This document shows, one piece after another, positions 1 through 9,095 of a DNA stretch of 64,000 nt (the first letter of the stretch is position 1; every line of letters starts with the position of its first letter). The stretch lies in the NCBI GenBank assembly GCA_038249195.1, contig JBBRWM010000001.1, positions 395,489 to 459,488 of the forward strand, written 5' to 3'. The position numbers and the translations under genes were made by a program. Source of the stretch: Actinomycetota bacterium (GTDB lineage Bacteria; Actinomycetota; UBA4738; HRBIN12). The notes under the pieces were generated by a model that was given only the letters and a program-made list of their open reading frames with translations, had not been told where the DNA came from and did not search any database.

Positions 1-713
1 GCCAGGGCGCTGGTCATGGAGGTCATCGTGGCCCGGATGCGCTGCTGGTACTTCCCCTGGCCGAGTTGCACCAGCGACTGCTCGTTCAGGCGGATGAACG
101 GGATGTCACGGGTCAACGCCTCGTCGAGGATGGCCTGCGTCGAAGGACCGAACTGCCGGCGCTCCGCCAACAGGATCAGGCGCTCCAACTCCGCGTCGAA
201 ATCGAATCCGGGCTCCGCCTTGATGAGGTGGTTCAGGAGGCGTACGGCGAGGCGCACGGCCGCGACGCCCACCTGCTCCTCCGCGTACCCGTAGATCACG
301 TTGTACCGGCCCGGGGTCCCCGAGCCCCTCGTCTTCCCGCGGGAGATCTGCGCCCCCGACTCGCGCTGGAGCTCGAGAGCCACGTGTTCGGCCACGTGGC
401 CGAGCCATGTGCCGTCCTGGAGGCGCTCGCGGAACCCACCCCGCTTGCCGAGCGAGCAGGAATGCTCCCCGACGCCCGGCAGCACCTTCAGCAGCTTGTC
501 GTTGAACCTGGGGATCGTGTTCGAGGGCCAGTGTTCGAGCGAACCGAGGTCCACGACCATGCGGATGCACGGCTCGTAGGACCAATAGTTGGGGCCACGG
601 AACGCCTGTGCCTGCACGATCGCGAGGTCGGGCCGCAGGGGAGGCTTCTTGGCCGCGGGCTCCGTCTTGCGCGCGCGCCGCGCCGCGCGGTTCGCGGTGG
701 CTTCCGAGGTCAC
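1..713 (-). CDS. cphA: Cyanophycin synthetase, N-terminal part (gene continues beyond window start)
   Basis: A minus-strand frame absent from the ORF track (no stop inside the window) reads ...DLAIVQAQAFRGPNYWSYEPCIRMVVDLGSLEHWPSNTIPRFNDKLLKVLPGVGEHSCSLGKRGGF..., matching the conserved CphA N-terminus (MKILKxQxLRGPNYWS...). Candidate GTG start at about 711-713 overlaps the cphB stop (GTGA); an alternative GTG lies at about 615-617. GC3 is high. Confidence 0.8.
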   Translation of the reverse strand, partial: MTSEATANRAARRARKTEPAAKKPPLRPDLAIVQAQAFRGPNYWSYEPCIRMVVDLGSLEHWPSNTIPRFNDKLLKVLPGVGEHSCSLGKRGGFRERLQDGTWLGHVAEHVALELQRESGAQISRGKTRGSGTPGRYNVIYGYAEEQVGVAAVRLAVRLLNHLIKAEPGFDFDAELERLILLAERRQFGPSTQAILDEALTRDIPFIRLNEQSLVQLGQGKYQQRIRATMTSMTSAL

Positions 714-1576
714 TCCGAGGCCTCTCGCTCATCCTCGAGCGCGTGCGCTCCCGCGAGCAGCCGGCGGCCTCGGAGGTCATACCAGTAGCCCGACGGCAGG
801 GAGTGCAAGATCGCGCCCGAAACCATGAGCGGTTTATACCCCTTCCCGCGGTAGGCGTCCGTCCGGACCTGCGTGCCGTCCACGATCGTGACGGCGCCGC
901 GCCCGATGACGTGCAGGGTCTGGTCGGCGAAGATGATCGCGCACGTGTCCTCGTCGATCCCGAGCCCGAGGAGCGACGGGGACTGGGCCACGAGGGCGAG
1001 GAGCCTCCCGATGCGGCCCCGCTCGCCGAAGTGCTGGTCGATCACCACGTTCGACACGATGCCGAGGCCGGCGGAGAGCTGGACCATGCGGTTCTTGGGC
1101 GTCGGCCCGGCGTTGCCGAAGGCCACCATGTGGCTGGCCACGGCGCTGGCGCCGGCGGAGGTTCCGGCGATCACGGCCCCGCGGTCGTGCGCGAGGAACA
1201 GGGCGTCGCCGAGCCTCGTTCCGGCTACGACCTGCGTGAGCCGGGACTGGTTGCCGCCCGTGAGGTAGATGCCCGTCGCCTCGCGCAAGATCGCGGCGAC
1301 CTCGGGGTCGTCCGCCTCCTCACGCTCCTCGGGCCGCACCCCGACGATGCGGCCGATCCCCAGCTCCGTGAAGAGCTCGCTGTAGAGGCTGGTCGCCTGG
1401 TCTCCGAGCGAGGATGCCGTCGAGATCACCACCACGGTTCCGGCGTCGCCCCCGGCGAACTTGGCAAAGCGGGAGAGGATCACCTTGTCGCGGAGCTTGT
1501 CCTCGGCGCCTCCGATCACCATCACCGGCCCGGCCGAAAGACCCCCCAGCGCGTGCAGCGAACCCTCATCCTCCAT
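710..1576 (-). CDS. cphB: Cyanophycinase (peptidase S51)
   Basis: 288-aa ORF with cyanophycinase/S51 hallmarks (GGNQSRL, catalytic Ser region GTSAGAS). It lies immediately upstream of cphA on the same strand. Confidence 0.9.
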   Translation of the reverse strand: MEDEGSLHALGGLSAGPVMVIGGAEDKLRDKVILSRFAKFAGGDAGTVVVISTASSLGDQATSLYSELFTELGIGRIVGVRPEEREEADDPEVAAILREATGIYLTGGNQSRLTQVVAGTRLGDALFLAHDRGAVIAGTSAGASAVASHMVAFGNAGPTPKNRMVQLSAGLGIVSNVVIDQHFGERGRIGRLLALVAQSPSLLGLGIDEDTCAIIFADQTLHVIGRGAVTIVDGTQVRTDAYRGKGYKPLMVSGAILHSLPSGYWYDLRGRRLLAGAHALEDEREASE

Positions 1577-1601
1577 GGCCGGATTCTAGCCGCACGTCGA
1601 G

Positions 1602-2609
1602 GTGGATCCGGTGCATCACCGGCACTTCGCGCGCGTGTATCGTGCCCGCCATGGCCGAGGACCCGCCGTCAGCGTCCGACCCCGCGTCGGAATGAGCGCC
1701 GTCGAGATCGCACTCCGCGGACCCGGTGGGGAGCCGGTGGACCTCGCGCGCACCCTGAACTCCCATGGCTTCGCTGAGCTCGCGCCGAACCTCCTCGACG
1801 GGAGCAGGCCCGCCTTGGAAACCACCGTGCGGGTCCCGGCGGGCCGGCCGCGGCGCATCCGGATCGGACCCGGCCGGTCGGGGACCGTCCGGGTGAGCAT
1901 CCTGGGCCCCGCGGCCGGCCCCCGCGTGCAGGCCGCGGTCCGCCACGGGGTCCGCCACGTGCTTCGGCTGGATCAGGACCTCTCCGGCTTCTACGCGCGG
2001 GTCGCCGCGGACGAGGACCTGGCATGGGTGAGCACGGGAGCGGGCCGCATGCTCCAGAGCCCTACCCTGTTCGAGGACATCGTCAAGACGGTCTGCACCA
2101 CGAACTGCGCGTGGAGTGCCACCGAGCGGATGGTCGCCGCGCTCGTGACGCATCTCGGCGACCCGGCCATCGGCGGGACGGGGCCGCTCACGAACGCCTT
2201 CCCGACCCCTTCGGCCATGGCCGAGGCCCCGGCGTCGTTCTACCGCGAAACGGTCCGGGCAGGCTATCGGGGGGCCTACCTCGCATCCCTTGCCCGCCTG
2301 GTCGCGGCCGGCGACCTGAAGCTCGATGGCCTCGCCGACCGGGCGACGGATCGCCTGAGCGACGACGAGGTCGAGGCGCTGCTCCTGGGTCTTCCGGGCG
2401 TGGGACCGTACGCGGCCGCGCACATCATGATGACGATGGGCCGCAACTCCCGCCTCATCCTCGACAGCTGGACGCGCCCGACCTACGCGCGCAGGCTCGG
2501 GCGCGCGAAGCTCGTGCCCGACGCCGCGATCCGCCGTCGGTTCCGAGGCTACGGCGACCAGGCGGGTCTCGCCTTCTGGTTGTTCGTGACGAGCGACTGG
2601 GTGACCTAG
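1602..2609 (+). CDS. DNA-3-methyladenine glycosylase II-like (AlkA N-terminal domain + HhH-GPD)
   Basis: Helix-hairpin-helix motif LLGLPGVGPYAAAHIMM and an AlkA-like N-terminal domain. Alternative ATG start near 1692. Confidence 0.75.
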   Translation: MDPVHHRHFARVYRARHGRGPAVSVRPRVGMSAVEIALRGPGGEPVDLARTLNSHGFAELAPNLLDGSRPALETTVRVPAGRPRRIRIGPGRSGTVRVSILGPAAGPRVQAAVRHGVRHVLRLDQDLSGFYARVAADEDLAWVSTGAGRMLQSPTLFEDIVKTVCTTNCAWSATERMVAALVTHLGDPAIGGTGPLTNAFPTPSAMAEAPASFYRETVRAGYRGAYLASLARLVAAGDLKLDGLADRATDRLSDDEVEALLLGLPGVGPYAAAHIMMTMGRNSRLILDSWTRPTYARRLGRAKLVPDAAIRRRFRGYGDQAGLAFWLFVTSDWVT

Positions 2610-2711
2610 CCTCGGGATGCACCGCGGCGACTCGGTCTTCGTGAGGGCTTCGCGGCGGGGGATGCCTCCTGGAAGGGTTGCCCCGCACCGCGGGCGGAAG
2701 GCATACTGCCC

Positions 2712-4022
2712 GTGGCCGTCCCGGCCGACCGCAGAAACCAGCAGGAACGAGCGAACGATGACGGTGCCCTTATGTCCTCGCGCCGCCGGGCCATCCGGCG
2801 CCGCGCGAACCGACTCTACGGCTACTGGCGGGCCGAACAACGGACCCTCCGCCAGGGCCTGGTTGCGCTCGCCCTCAGCACGGTCGCCGGCTTCATCGCC
2901 GGGCTGACGCTCGCGGGCATCGGCGGCACCCTCGAGAGGCTGCCCGGACTCATCGTGTTGATCCCCGCCGCCGTCGGTATGCGCGGGACCATCTTCGGTG
3001 CGATCGGCGCACGGCTCGGCACGACGAGCGCGGCCGGTACGTTCGAGGTCACGCGGAACAAGGGCAGCGTCCTGTATCAGAACGTGTACGTCGCCATCGT
3101 CACGACGCTGGCGTCGTCGTTGTGGCTCGCCGTGCTCGCACGACTGATGTGCGCCGTGTTCGGGATCGCGTCCATATCCCTGTGGGACCTCGTCACGATC
3201 TCGGTCGTGGGGGGCGCGCTCGGCTCCGTGCTGATCTTGATGGTCACGGTCGGGCTTTCGATCCTGTCCTTCCGCAAGGGCTGGGACCTCGACTCCGTCT
3301 CCACGCCGATGGTCACGGCCCTCGGCGACATGGTCACGATCCCGACGCTCTTCCTGGCGACCTTCCTCCTCGACAACCAGGCCGTGAGCACCGTCGCGTT
3401 CGCGATCTGCCTCGGGGGGTCCCTGTTCGCGGCGTTCCGGGCGTACGCGGTCAACGACCGCGTCGTGCGCCGCATCATCCTGGAGATGACGGCCGTGATC
3501 CTCCTCACCCCGATCCTCGACGTCCTGTCCGGCCTCCTCCAGCAGCACCGGCTCCCTGAGCTGCTCGCCGTTCCCGCTGTGTTCGCGATGCTCGCGCCCT
3601 TCGTGTCGCAGGCCGGCGCACTCGGCGGCATCTTCGCGTCCCGGATCTCCTCGAAGCTGCAGATCGGCGTCATCACGCCGCGCGGCTTTCCGGAGATCCC
3701 CGCCCTCGTGGACGGCGCCGGCGTGTTCGTGTTGGGCGTCGCTGTGTTCGCGCTCATCGGGATCTTCGCGGTGGGGCTCACGTCGCTGGGCGGCCACGGT
3801 CCGAGCGATCCGGGCGCCGTGATCGGCGCCACGATGGTTGCGGGCTTGATCGCGACTCCCATCACGATCGCGGTGAGCTACTACCTCGCGATCGTGACGT
3901 TTCGCTTCGGGCTAGACCCCGACAATCAGACCGTCCCCATCATCACGAGCGCGATGGACCTGGCAGGGGTCGCATGCGTCCTGTTCGTTATGACATCATT
4001 CGGGGTCCTAGGGCATGGATGA
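2712..4022 (+). CDS. MgtE/SLC41-type divalent cation transporter (duplicated MgtE membrane domain, no CBS domains)
   Basis: Two repeats of the MgtE transmembrane module (PGLIVLIPAAVGMRGTIFGAIGARL ... LAPFVSQAGALGGIFASR), about 10 TM helices. The 8-nt overlap with the next gene suggests coupling. Confidence 0.7.
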   Translation: MAVPADRRNQQERANDDGALMSSRRRAIRRRANRLYGYWRAEQRTLRQGLVALALSTVAGFIAGLTLAGIGGTLERLPGLIVLIPAAVGMRGTIFGAIGARLGTTSAAGTFEVTRNKGSVLYQNVYVAIVTTLASSLWLAVLARLMCAVFGIASISLWDLVTISVVGGALGSVLILMVTVGLSILSFRKGWDLDSVSTPMVTALGDMVTIPTLFLATFLLDNQAVSTVAFAICLGGSLFAAFRAYAVNDRVVRRIILEMTAVILLTPILDVLSGLLQQHRLPELLAVPAVFAMLAPFVSQAGALGGIFASRISSKLQIGVITPRGFPEIPALVDGAGVFVLGVAVFALIGIFAVGLTSLGGHGPSDPGAVIGATMVAGLIATPITIAVSYYLAIVTFRFGLDPDNQTVPIITSAMDLAGVACVLFVMTSFGVLGHG

Positions 4023-5205
4023 TCAACCGAAGAACGTCAAAGAGCTCCTCGTCGAACTGAAGGACGCCTCGGAGCTCATGGTCGACCTCGCGTACGCCGC
4101 GGTCTTCTTCAACGAAGAGAAGCTCGCCCGCGAGGTGGGGCGCCTCGAGCAGCGGATGAACGAGCACCTCCGCCGGCTCCGCATCACGGCCATGCTCGCC
4201 GCACGCTCCCCCGAGGACGCGGAAGGCATGGCCGGCGTCCTGTGGATCGCCGATGCCATCGAGCAGGTCGGCGACGCCGCCTCGGACATCGCGCGGGTGG
4301 TGGCCGCCCGGCTGGGGATCCCGGACGCGCTGCGTCCCGACCTTCGTCACGCCGAAGAGATGACGGCGCGGGTCAAGGTGCGCGACCACGCCGACGCCAC
4401 CGGCCAGTCCCTGCGCGAGCTCTCGCTCCCGACCGAGACCGGGATGTGGGTCATGGCCATTCGCAGCGGTCTGGATTGGGAGTTCGATCCCGGCCCCGAC
4501 GACGTCGTGAGCGGAGGAGACGTCTTGCTCATCCGGGGCCCCGGAGAAGGCGTGAACCGGGTCCGCGCCCTCGCGGGCGCGCCGCCCCTTCCCGCCGCGC
4601 CCGACGACGACCTCCCGGCGCTCTCGGAACTCGATCGCGCCGTCGACATCCTCGTCGAGATGAAGGACCTCGCCGAGGCGGCGGTCGGTCTCGCGTACTC
4701 CTCGCTGCTGTTCAACAACCGGGCCCTCGCCGCCGAGGTGGGCTCGCTCGAGGCGCGGAGCGATCAGCTGCACGACGAGCTCGAGTCCTGGGTGCTGCGC
4801 GCGGCTCCCGAGGCGCGGAACCCCGACGAGCTCCGCGGCCTCTTGCGACTGGGGAGTGCGGGCGAATACATGTGTGATGCGGCGCGCGATATGACGTGGT
4901 ACGTGGAACGGGGCGAGCCGCTGCACCCCGTCGTCCAGATGGCCTTGGAGGAGACGGAGGAGACGAGCGCGGAGACCGTGGTCCAGCCGGGGTCCCCCGC
5001 CGCCGAGGCGTCGCTGAAGGACCTCCGGGTCGAGACCGAAACCGGCATGTTCGTCCTGGCGGTGCAGCGCGGCGCGCGGTGGATCTACCGCCCGCGAGGA
5101 ACGTTCGTGCTGCAAGAGGGCGACCGGATCATCTCGATCGGGCCGGAAGAGGGCGAGGAGGAACTCTGGGCGCTCACCGGTGCACCCGCGCTCGCCGAGG
5201 GGTGA
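4015..5205 (+). CDS. Regulatory protein with PhoU-like helical domains and TrkA-C domains
   Basis: Two PhoU-like helical repeats, each followed by a TrkA-C-like domain (GDVLLIRGPGEGV... / GDRIISIGPEEG). This architecture typically accompanies MgtE/SLC41-type transporters. Confidence 0.65.
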   Translation: MDDQPKNVKELLVELKDASELMVDLAYAAVFFNEEKLAREVGRLEQRMNEHLRRLRITAMLAARSPEDAEGMAGVLWIADAIEQVGDAASDIARVVAARLGIPDALRPDLRHAEEMTARVKVRDHADATGQSLRELSLPTETGMWVMAIRSGLDWEFDPGPDDVVSGGDVLLIRGPGEGVNRVRALAGAPPLPAAPDDDLPALSELDRAVDILVEMKDLAEAAVGLAYSSLLFNNRALAAEVGSLEARSDQLHDELESWVLRAAPEARNPDELRGLLRLGSAGEYMCDAARDMTWYVERGEPLHPVVQMALEETEETSAETVVQPGSPAAEASLKDLRVETETGMFVLAVQRGARWIYRPRGTFVLQEGDRIISIGPEEGEEELWALTGAPALAEG

Positions 5206-5255
5206 GCGGCCCGCGGTCCTTGTGCCCGCCCGGTTCCTGACCTAGCCTCCCGCGC

Positions 5256-5807
5256 ATGGAAGCCTACGTCTACCTGCGGATACGCCCGGGAACCATGGCG
5301 CCGGTGCTCACCGGCCTCGCCACCAAGAGCAACGTGCGCAGGGCGATCGCCGTGGTGGGCGCGTGGGACATCATGGTGCACGTCGACGGCGCCGACTTCG
5401 CGGCCCTCGCCTCCTCGGTGCTCGCGGAGATCCATCACATCGACGGGGTCGAGCGCACGATGACGGCGCCCGTGGTGCCGCCCGACCGCGTCGGCATCGG
5501 CGGCTGGGGCGCGCCGCAGGCACCCGCAATCGTCGGCGACGCCTGCTACGTGCACATCAAGGCCGAGGCCGGCGCCGCGTCCGGGCTCGCGGAGCGGCTC
5601 GGAGAGATCGCGGACGTGAGCGGGGTCGCGGTCCTCGGCGGAGACTACGACCTCATGGCCTGCGTTGCTCACCCGTGGGAGATCGCCAGCGGGATCATCT
5701 TGGAGACGATCCACTCCCTCCCGGAGGTGGTGGCCACGAGCACGCTCGTCTCGATCGTGTTCGAAGAGCCGGAGGAAGACCGGGACCAATTCTCGACCTG
5801 GACCTAG
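5256..5807 (+). CDS. Lrp/AsnC ligand-binding (RAM) domain protein, tandem RAM domains, no HTH
   Basis: Two AsnC_trans_reg-like ligand-binding domains (VYLRIRPG... / VHIKAEAG...). No DNA-binding HTH is detectable. Confidence 0.6.
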   Translation: MEAYVYLRIRPGTMAPVLTGLATKSNVRRAIAVVGAWDIMVHVDGADFAALASSVLAEIHHIDGVERTMTAPVVPPDRVGIGGWGAPQAPAIVGDACYVHIKAEAGAASGLAERLGEIADVSGVAVLGGDYDLMACVAHPWEIASGIILETIHSLPEVVATSTLVSIVFEEPEEDRDQFSTWT

Positions 5808-6766
5808 GCCGGCCTCGCCGCCGAGGGCGCCGGCCGAACACCGGCGGGCAGCGAGAACTTCACATGCTCCTCGGTGAGCGTGACCTCCTCCACGTCGGCG
5901 AAGCCCCGCGCCGCGAGCCAATCGACCATGCGGTGCACGAGCCACTCCGGCGCAGAGGCGCCCGACGTGAGCCCGACGACGGCCGCCTCGTGGAGCCAGC
6001 CGGGGTCGATGGACGTCTCGTCATCTACCAGATGGGCCGGCGTCCCGAGCTCCCGGGAGAGCTCGGCGAGGCGATTCGAGTTGGATGAGTTCCGGGAGCC
6101 GATCACGAGCACGACGTCCGAACGGGGCGCGATCACCTTCACGGCGTCCTGCCGGTTCTGCGTGGCATAGCAGATGTCGTCCCGGGGCGGCCCCTCGATG
6201 GCGGGGAAGCGCTCCCGGAGGATCCGCACGATCTCGTTCGTCTCGTCCACCGAGAGCGTGGTCTGGGTCAGGTAGCGCAGGTTCGATGGATCGGCGACCT
6301 CCACGTCCCGTGCTTCCTGAGGCGATTGCACGAGGAGCGTGCGCTCCGGCGCCTGCCCCTTGGTGCCCACGACCTCCTCGTGTCCCTCGTGGCCGATCAA
6401 GATGATCGTGCGGCCCTGCTCCGCGAACCGGCGCGCCTCCACGTGGACCTTGGTGACGAGGGGACACGTGGCGTCGATCACCTCGAGGTCGCGCGCCCTC
6501 GCGTTGTCATACACCTCCGGGGCAACCCCATGGGCGGACAGGACCACCGCCGCACCTTCGGGCACCTCGGCCTCCTCCTCGACGAAGACCGCTCCCTTCG
6601 ACTCGAGGTCCTGCACGACGTGGAGGTTGTGAACGATCTGCTTGCGAACGAAGACCGGCGCGCCGTGGGCCGCCAGCGCCCGCTCCACGGCGTCGACGGC
6701 CCGCTCGACGCCGGCGCAGTATCCACGGGGGGCCGCGAGGAGGATCCGTCCGCTCATGCCGTCCAT
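5804..6766 (-). CDS. ispH: 4-hydroxy-3-methylbut-2-enyl diphosphate reductase
   Basis: Strong LytB/IspH similarity throughout (GYCAGVERAV, ATCPLVTKVH, ICYATQNRQ, three conserved Cys). Start chosen at MDGMSGRILL; an alternative ATG lies 9 nt downstream. Confidence 0.9.
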   Translation of the reverse strand: MDGMSGRILLAAPRGYCAGVERAVDAVERALAAHGAPVFVRKQIVHNLHVVQDLESKGAVFVEEEAEVPEGAAVVLSAHGVAPEVYDNARARDLEVIDATCPLVTKVHVEARRFAEQGRTIILIGHEGHEEVVGTKGQAPERTLLVQSPQEARDVEVADPSNLRYLTQTTLSVDETNEIVRILRERFPAIEGPPRDDICYATQNRQDAVKVIAPRSDVVLVIGSRNSSNSNRLAELSRELGTPAHLVDDETSIDPGWLHEAAVVGLTSGASAPEWLVHRMVDWLAARGFADVEEVTLTEEHVKFSLPAGVRPAPSAARPA

Positions 6767-6814
6767 GGTAGCGGGGTCCCTCGGCCCGTGGCGGCGGCCA
6801 CGGAACCCGCACAT

Positions 6815-7131
6815 CTCGCGGTTGCCGCAACCTTGACCCTCCCTTTAGGGTTGATGCGTCTGCACCGGACCGTTCGGTCCGCCCTCCCTCCCCGTGCATC
6901 AGCACTCCACCACCTTCCCAAGGCGGTCGAAGCGTGCCCGCGCGCGCGGAGTCGGGATCGGTCGATCCGGGTCAGACGCAGGTCACACAGAGACGATCGA
7001 CACCGAGGAGGTGATGTCCACACCCGCGACCTACCGCGGGGGGCAAGGACCATGGGCGAGAGCCGCCCGGGCCCGACGCCACCCGAACGCAGCGGCCAGC
7101 TGCCGTTCAACCGCGGGGGTGAACCCCACGT
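6815..7131 (+). promoter_or_regulatory. Long 5' leader of the secreted transglycosylase gene; candidate cis-regulatory RNA (riboswitch-like)
   Basis: 317-bp non-coding region with G-rich motifs ACCGCGGGGGGCAAGG ... CCACCCGAACG ... CGCGGGGGUGAACCCCACG. The last forms a GGGGG-UGAA-CCCC hairpin ending 5 nt before the ATG, able to sequester a G-rich SD. Resemblance to ydaO (c-di-AMP) riboswitches is tentative. Confidence 0.2.
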
Positions 7132-7572
7132 ATGACCCATGCCACCACGACGCGCCACAACCTCCCCGTGGCGCTGCTCCTGACCGCCGTGCTCCTGATC
7201 GTCCCGGCCGCCTCGGCCAGCGCGTCGATCGAACGCCACACGAGCCGGGTTCCCGCGAAGATGTGCCCCATCCCATGGCAGCGGGGCCCCTGGTTCGTGA
7301 GGCAGATGATCCGGTGCGCGGCACAGCACTACCAGGTTCCCGGAGGCGCCCTTAAGGCGCTGTCCATCGCGGGTCGCGAGTCGCATTTCCGCCCAACCGC
7401 GTACAACTCCTACAGCGGAGCCCTGGGGATCTATCAGCACCTGAGCCGGTACTGGCCGGGTCGCGCCACCGCCTATGGGTTCCGCGGATGGTCCGGCTTC
7501 AACGCCCGCGCCAACATCATCGTCACGATGCGGATGGTGAGACAGACCGGTTGGTATCCCTGGGGGGGCTGA
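7132..7572 (+). CDS. Secreted lytic transglycosylase-like (SLT/lysozyme-like) protein
   Basis: N-terminal signal peptide (LLLTAVLLIVPAASASA). SLT-type motif AGRESHF...YSGALGIYQ (E-S ... GA-G-xxQ). Confidence 0.55.
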   Translation: MTHATTTRHNLPVALLLTAVLLIVPAASASASIERHTSRVPAKMCPIPWQRGPWFVRQMIRCAAQHYQVPGGALKALSIAGRESHFRPTAYNSYSGALGIYQHLSRYWPGRATAYGFRGWSGFNARANIIVTMRMVRQTGWYPWGG

Positions 7573-7577
7573 GCCCC

Positions 7578-7907
7578 CTACCGAACCGGACCGCCCGGGC
7601 GCGGGGCTCCTTCGAGGAGACCGCGCACCTCCTCCGCGGAGGTGGCCACGGCGGTGGCCCCGGGCGCGTCGCGGTCGACCACGATGCGCATGCTCGGGAA
7701 CCGAGCGGCGATCGAGGAGACGAGCGCCTCGAACGGCCCGAACACCACCATCATGTGCGGCCGCTCGGCCTCGAGCTGTCGCAGCGCCGACGGCCCGTCC
7801 GTCGCCCCTGCCGTGAGCTCCCACTCCGCGGAGACGCTCGCGACCTTCAGGGCGCGGAGCGCGTCGCGATCCGGTGCGACGCAGAGCACCTTGACCGCCC
7901 GGCACAC
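7578..7907 (-). CDS. Hypothetical protein with degenerate receiver (REC)-like fold
   Basis: High-GC3 109-aa ORF with a beta-alpha pattern reminiscent of a receiver domain but no acidic pocket or phospho-Asp. GTG start 1 nt after the stop of the CorA remnant; a GAGGA motif lies upstream. Confidence 0.3.
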   Translation of the reverse strand: MCRAVKVLCVAPDRDALRALKVASVSAEWELTAGATDGPSALRQLEAERPHMMVVFGPFEALVSSIAARFPSMRIVVDRDAPGATAVATSAEEVRGLLEGAPRPGGPVR

Positions 7908-7908
7908 C

Positions 7909-8166
7909 TCAGAACCATCCTCGCCGCTTGAAGACGACGGAGAGCACCACGGCCGAAACCGCCATGAGCCCGAGGGCTCCCGGATACGCGAGCCGCCATC
8001 CCAGCTCGGGCATGTCGTGGAAGTTCATCCCGTAGATGCCCGCGATGAGGGTGGGGACCAGGATGATCCCCGCCCACGTCGTGAGCCGCTTCATTGGTCG
8101 CCGATCCGGGCCAACTCCACCCGCTCATCGGTGGCCAGACCGTCCCGGTACAGACGCCCCTGGATC
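7909..8166 (-). pseudogene. CorA Mg2+/Co2+ transporter, C-terminal remnant (last ~85 aa only)
   Basis: MIQGRLYRDGLATDERVELARIGDMKRLTTWAGIILVPTLIAGIYGMNFHDMPELGWRLAYPGALGLMAVSAVVLSVVFKRRGWF. It contains the CorA signature YGMNF (GMN) and both C-terminal TM helices. An in-frame stop lies just upstream and no N-terminal cytoplasmic domain is present in any frame before the next gene. Confidence 0.65.
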
Positions 8167-8212
8167 ATGGCGGCGAGACTACTGCATCACTCACGAGGCC
8201 TTGGCGACGACC

Positions 8213-9094
8213 TCAGGAGGGCGGCGCGACGTAGCGCGCGACCGAGAAGAGGCCGGCCTCGCGCTCGAGGATCCAGGTGGACCCCTTCTGCCATCGAGGA
8301 GGATCTTGCATCGGGAGCCCGCGCTCGGCCATGTGAAGGACGACCGACGGGATCACGTCGCCGTGCGTGCTGATGACCACGGCGCCCGCGGCGCCGCGCA
8401 AGAACGCGAGGACGGCGGGCAACGATGCGCCTTCCGCGAGCGAGTCGTCCTCCTCCACGCTCAGGCGTCGCGCGATCGCGAGCGGACGCACGGTCTGCAC
8501 GCATCGATCGAACGGACTCGACACGATGCGGTCGACCCTTCGTTCCTCGAATACTTCGACGAGCGCCTCGGCCTGTCGTCGGCCCTTCCCCGTGAGGGGC
8601 CGCAGGCGGTCGTCCTCGGTCCAGGCCTCCCGGTCCCCCGCCTTCGCGTGGCGAACGAGGTACACCGGAGCGTCGAAGGCGAGCATCTTGTGGACCACGT
8701 CGCGGTCGCGAGGGTGGGTGAGCGCTGCGAGCGCCTGCTCGGGAGGCATCCACCGCAGCCGGTCCACCTCGGCGTTGGGGACGAACCCGCCGCTCGCGGG
8801 ATACATCAGCCAGTAGCGGACCACCTTGGGCCGATCGAAGCGGTCCCGGTACCGCACCTGCGTGACCTCGGGCCCGAGCTCGCACCGCAGTCCGGTCTCC
8901 TCGCGGACTTCCCGCAGCGCAGAGGCCACGTCGATCTCCCCCTCATCGGCCTTGCCCTTGGGTAGGGTCCAGTCGTCGTACCGGGGACGGTGCACCAGCG
9001 CGATCTCGGGCCCCTGCGGCCCGCGCCGTCGCACCACGCCTCCGCCGGCACGTACCTCGAGCTCGCCGCCCTGCAGATCGGGAAGGCTGCTCAT
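8213..9094 (-). CDS. NUDIX hydrolase fused to histidine phosphatase domain (MutT1-like)
   Basis: The N-terminal Nudix box (GGVVRRRGPQGPEIALVHRPRYDDWTLPKGKADEGE...REVREETG) is followed by a phosphoglycerate-mutase-family RHG motif (VYLVRHAKAG). The same two-domain architecture and ppk1 adjacency occur in M. tuberculosis MutT1. Confidence 0.8.
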   Translation of the reverse strand: MSSLPDLQGGELEVRAGGGVVRRRGPQGPEIALVHRPRYDDWTLPKGKADEGEIDVASALREVREETGLRCELGPEVTQVRYRDRFDRPKVVRYWLMYPASGGFVPNAEVDRLRWMPPEQALAALTHPRDRDVVHKMLAFDAPVYLVRHAKAGDREAWTEDDRLRPLTGKGRRQAEALVEVFEERRVDRIVSSPFDRCVQTVRPLAIARRLSVEEDDSLAEGASLPAVLAFLRGAAGAVVISTHGDVIPSVVLHMAERGLPMQDPPRWQKGSTWILEREAGLFSVARYVAPPS

Positions 9095-9095
9095 C

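Noticed and set aside
1602-1691. Upstream ATG (1602) vs internal ATG (1692) for the AlkA-like gene
   Set aside because: Not resolved. 1602 leaves only 25 bp to the divergent cphB start, and the first 30 residues are His/Arg-rich. The longer form is reported with the alternative noted rather than calling a separate feature.
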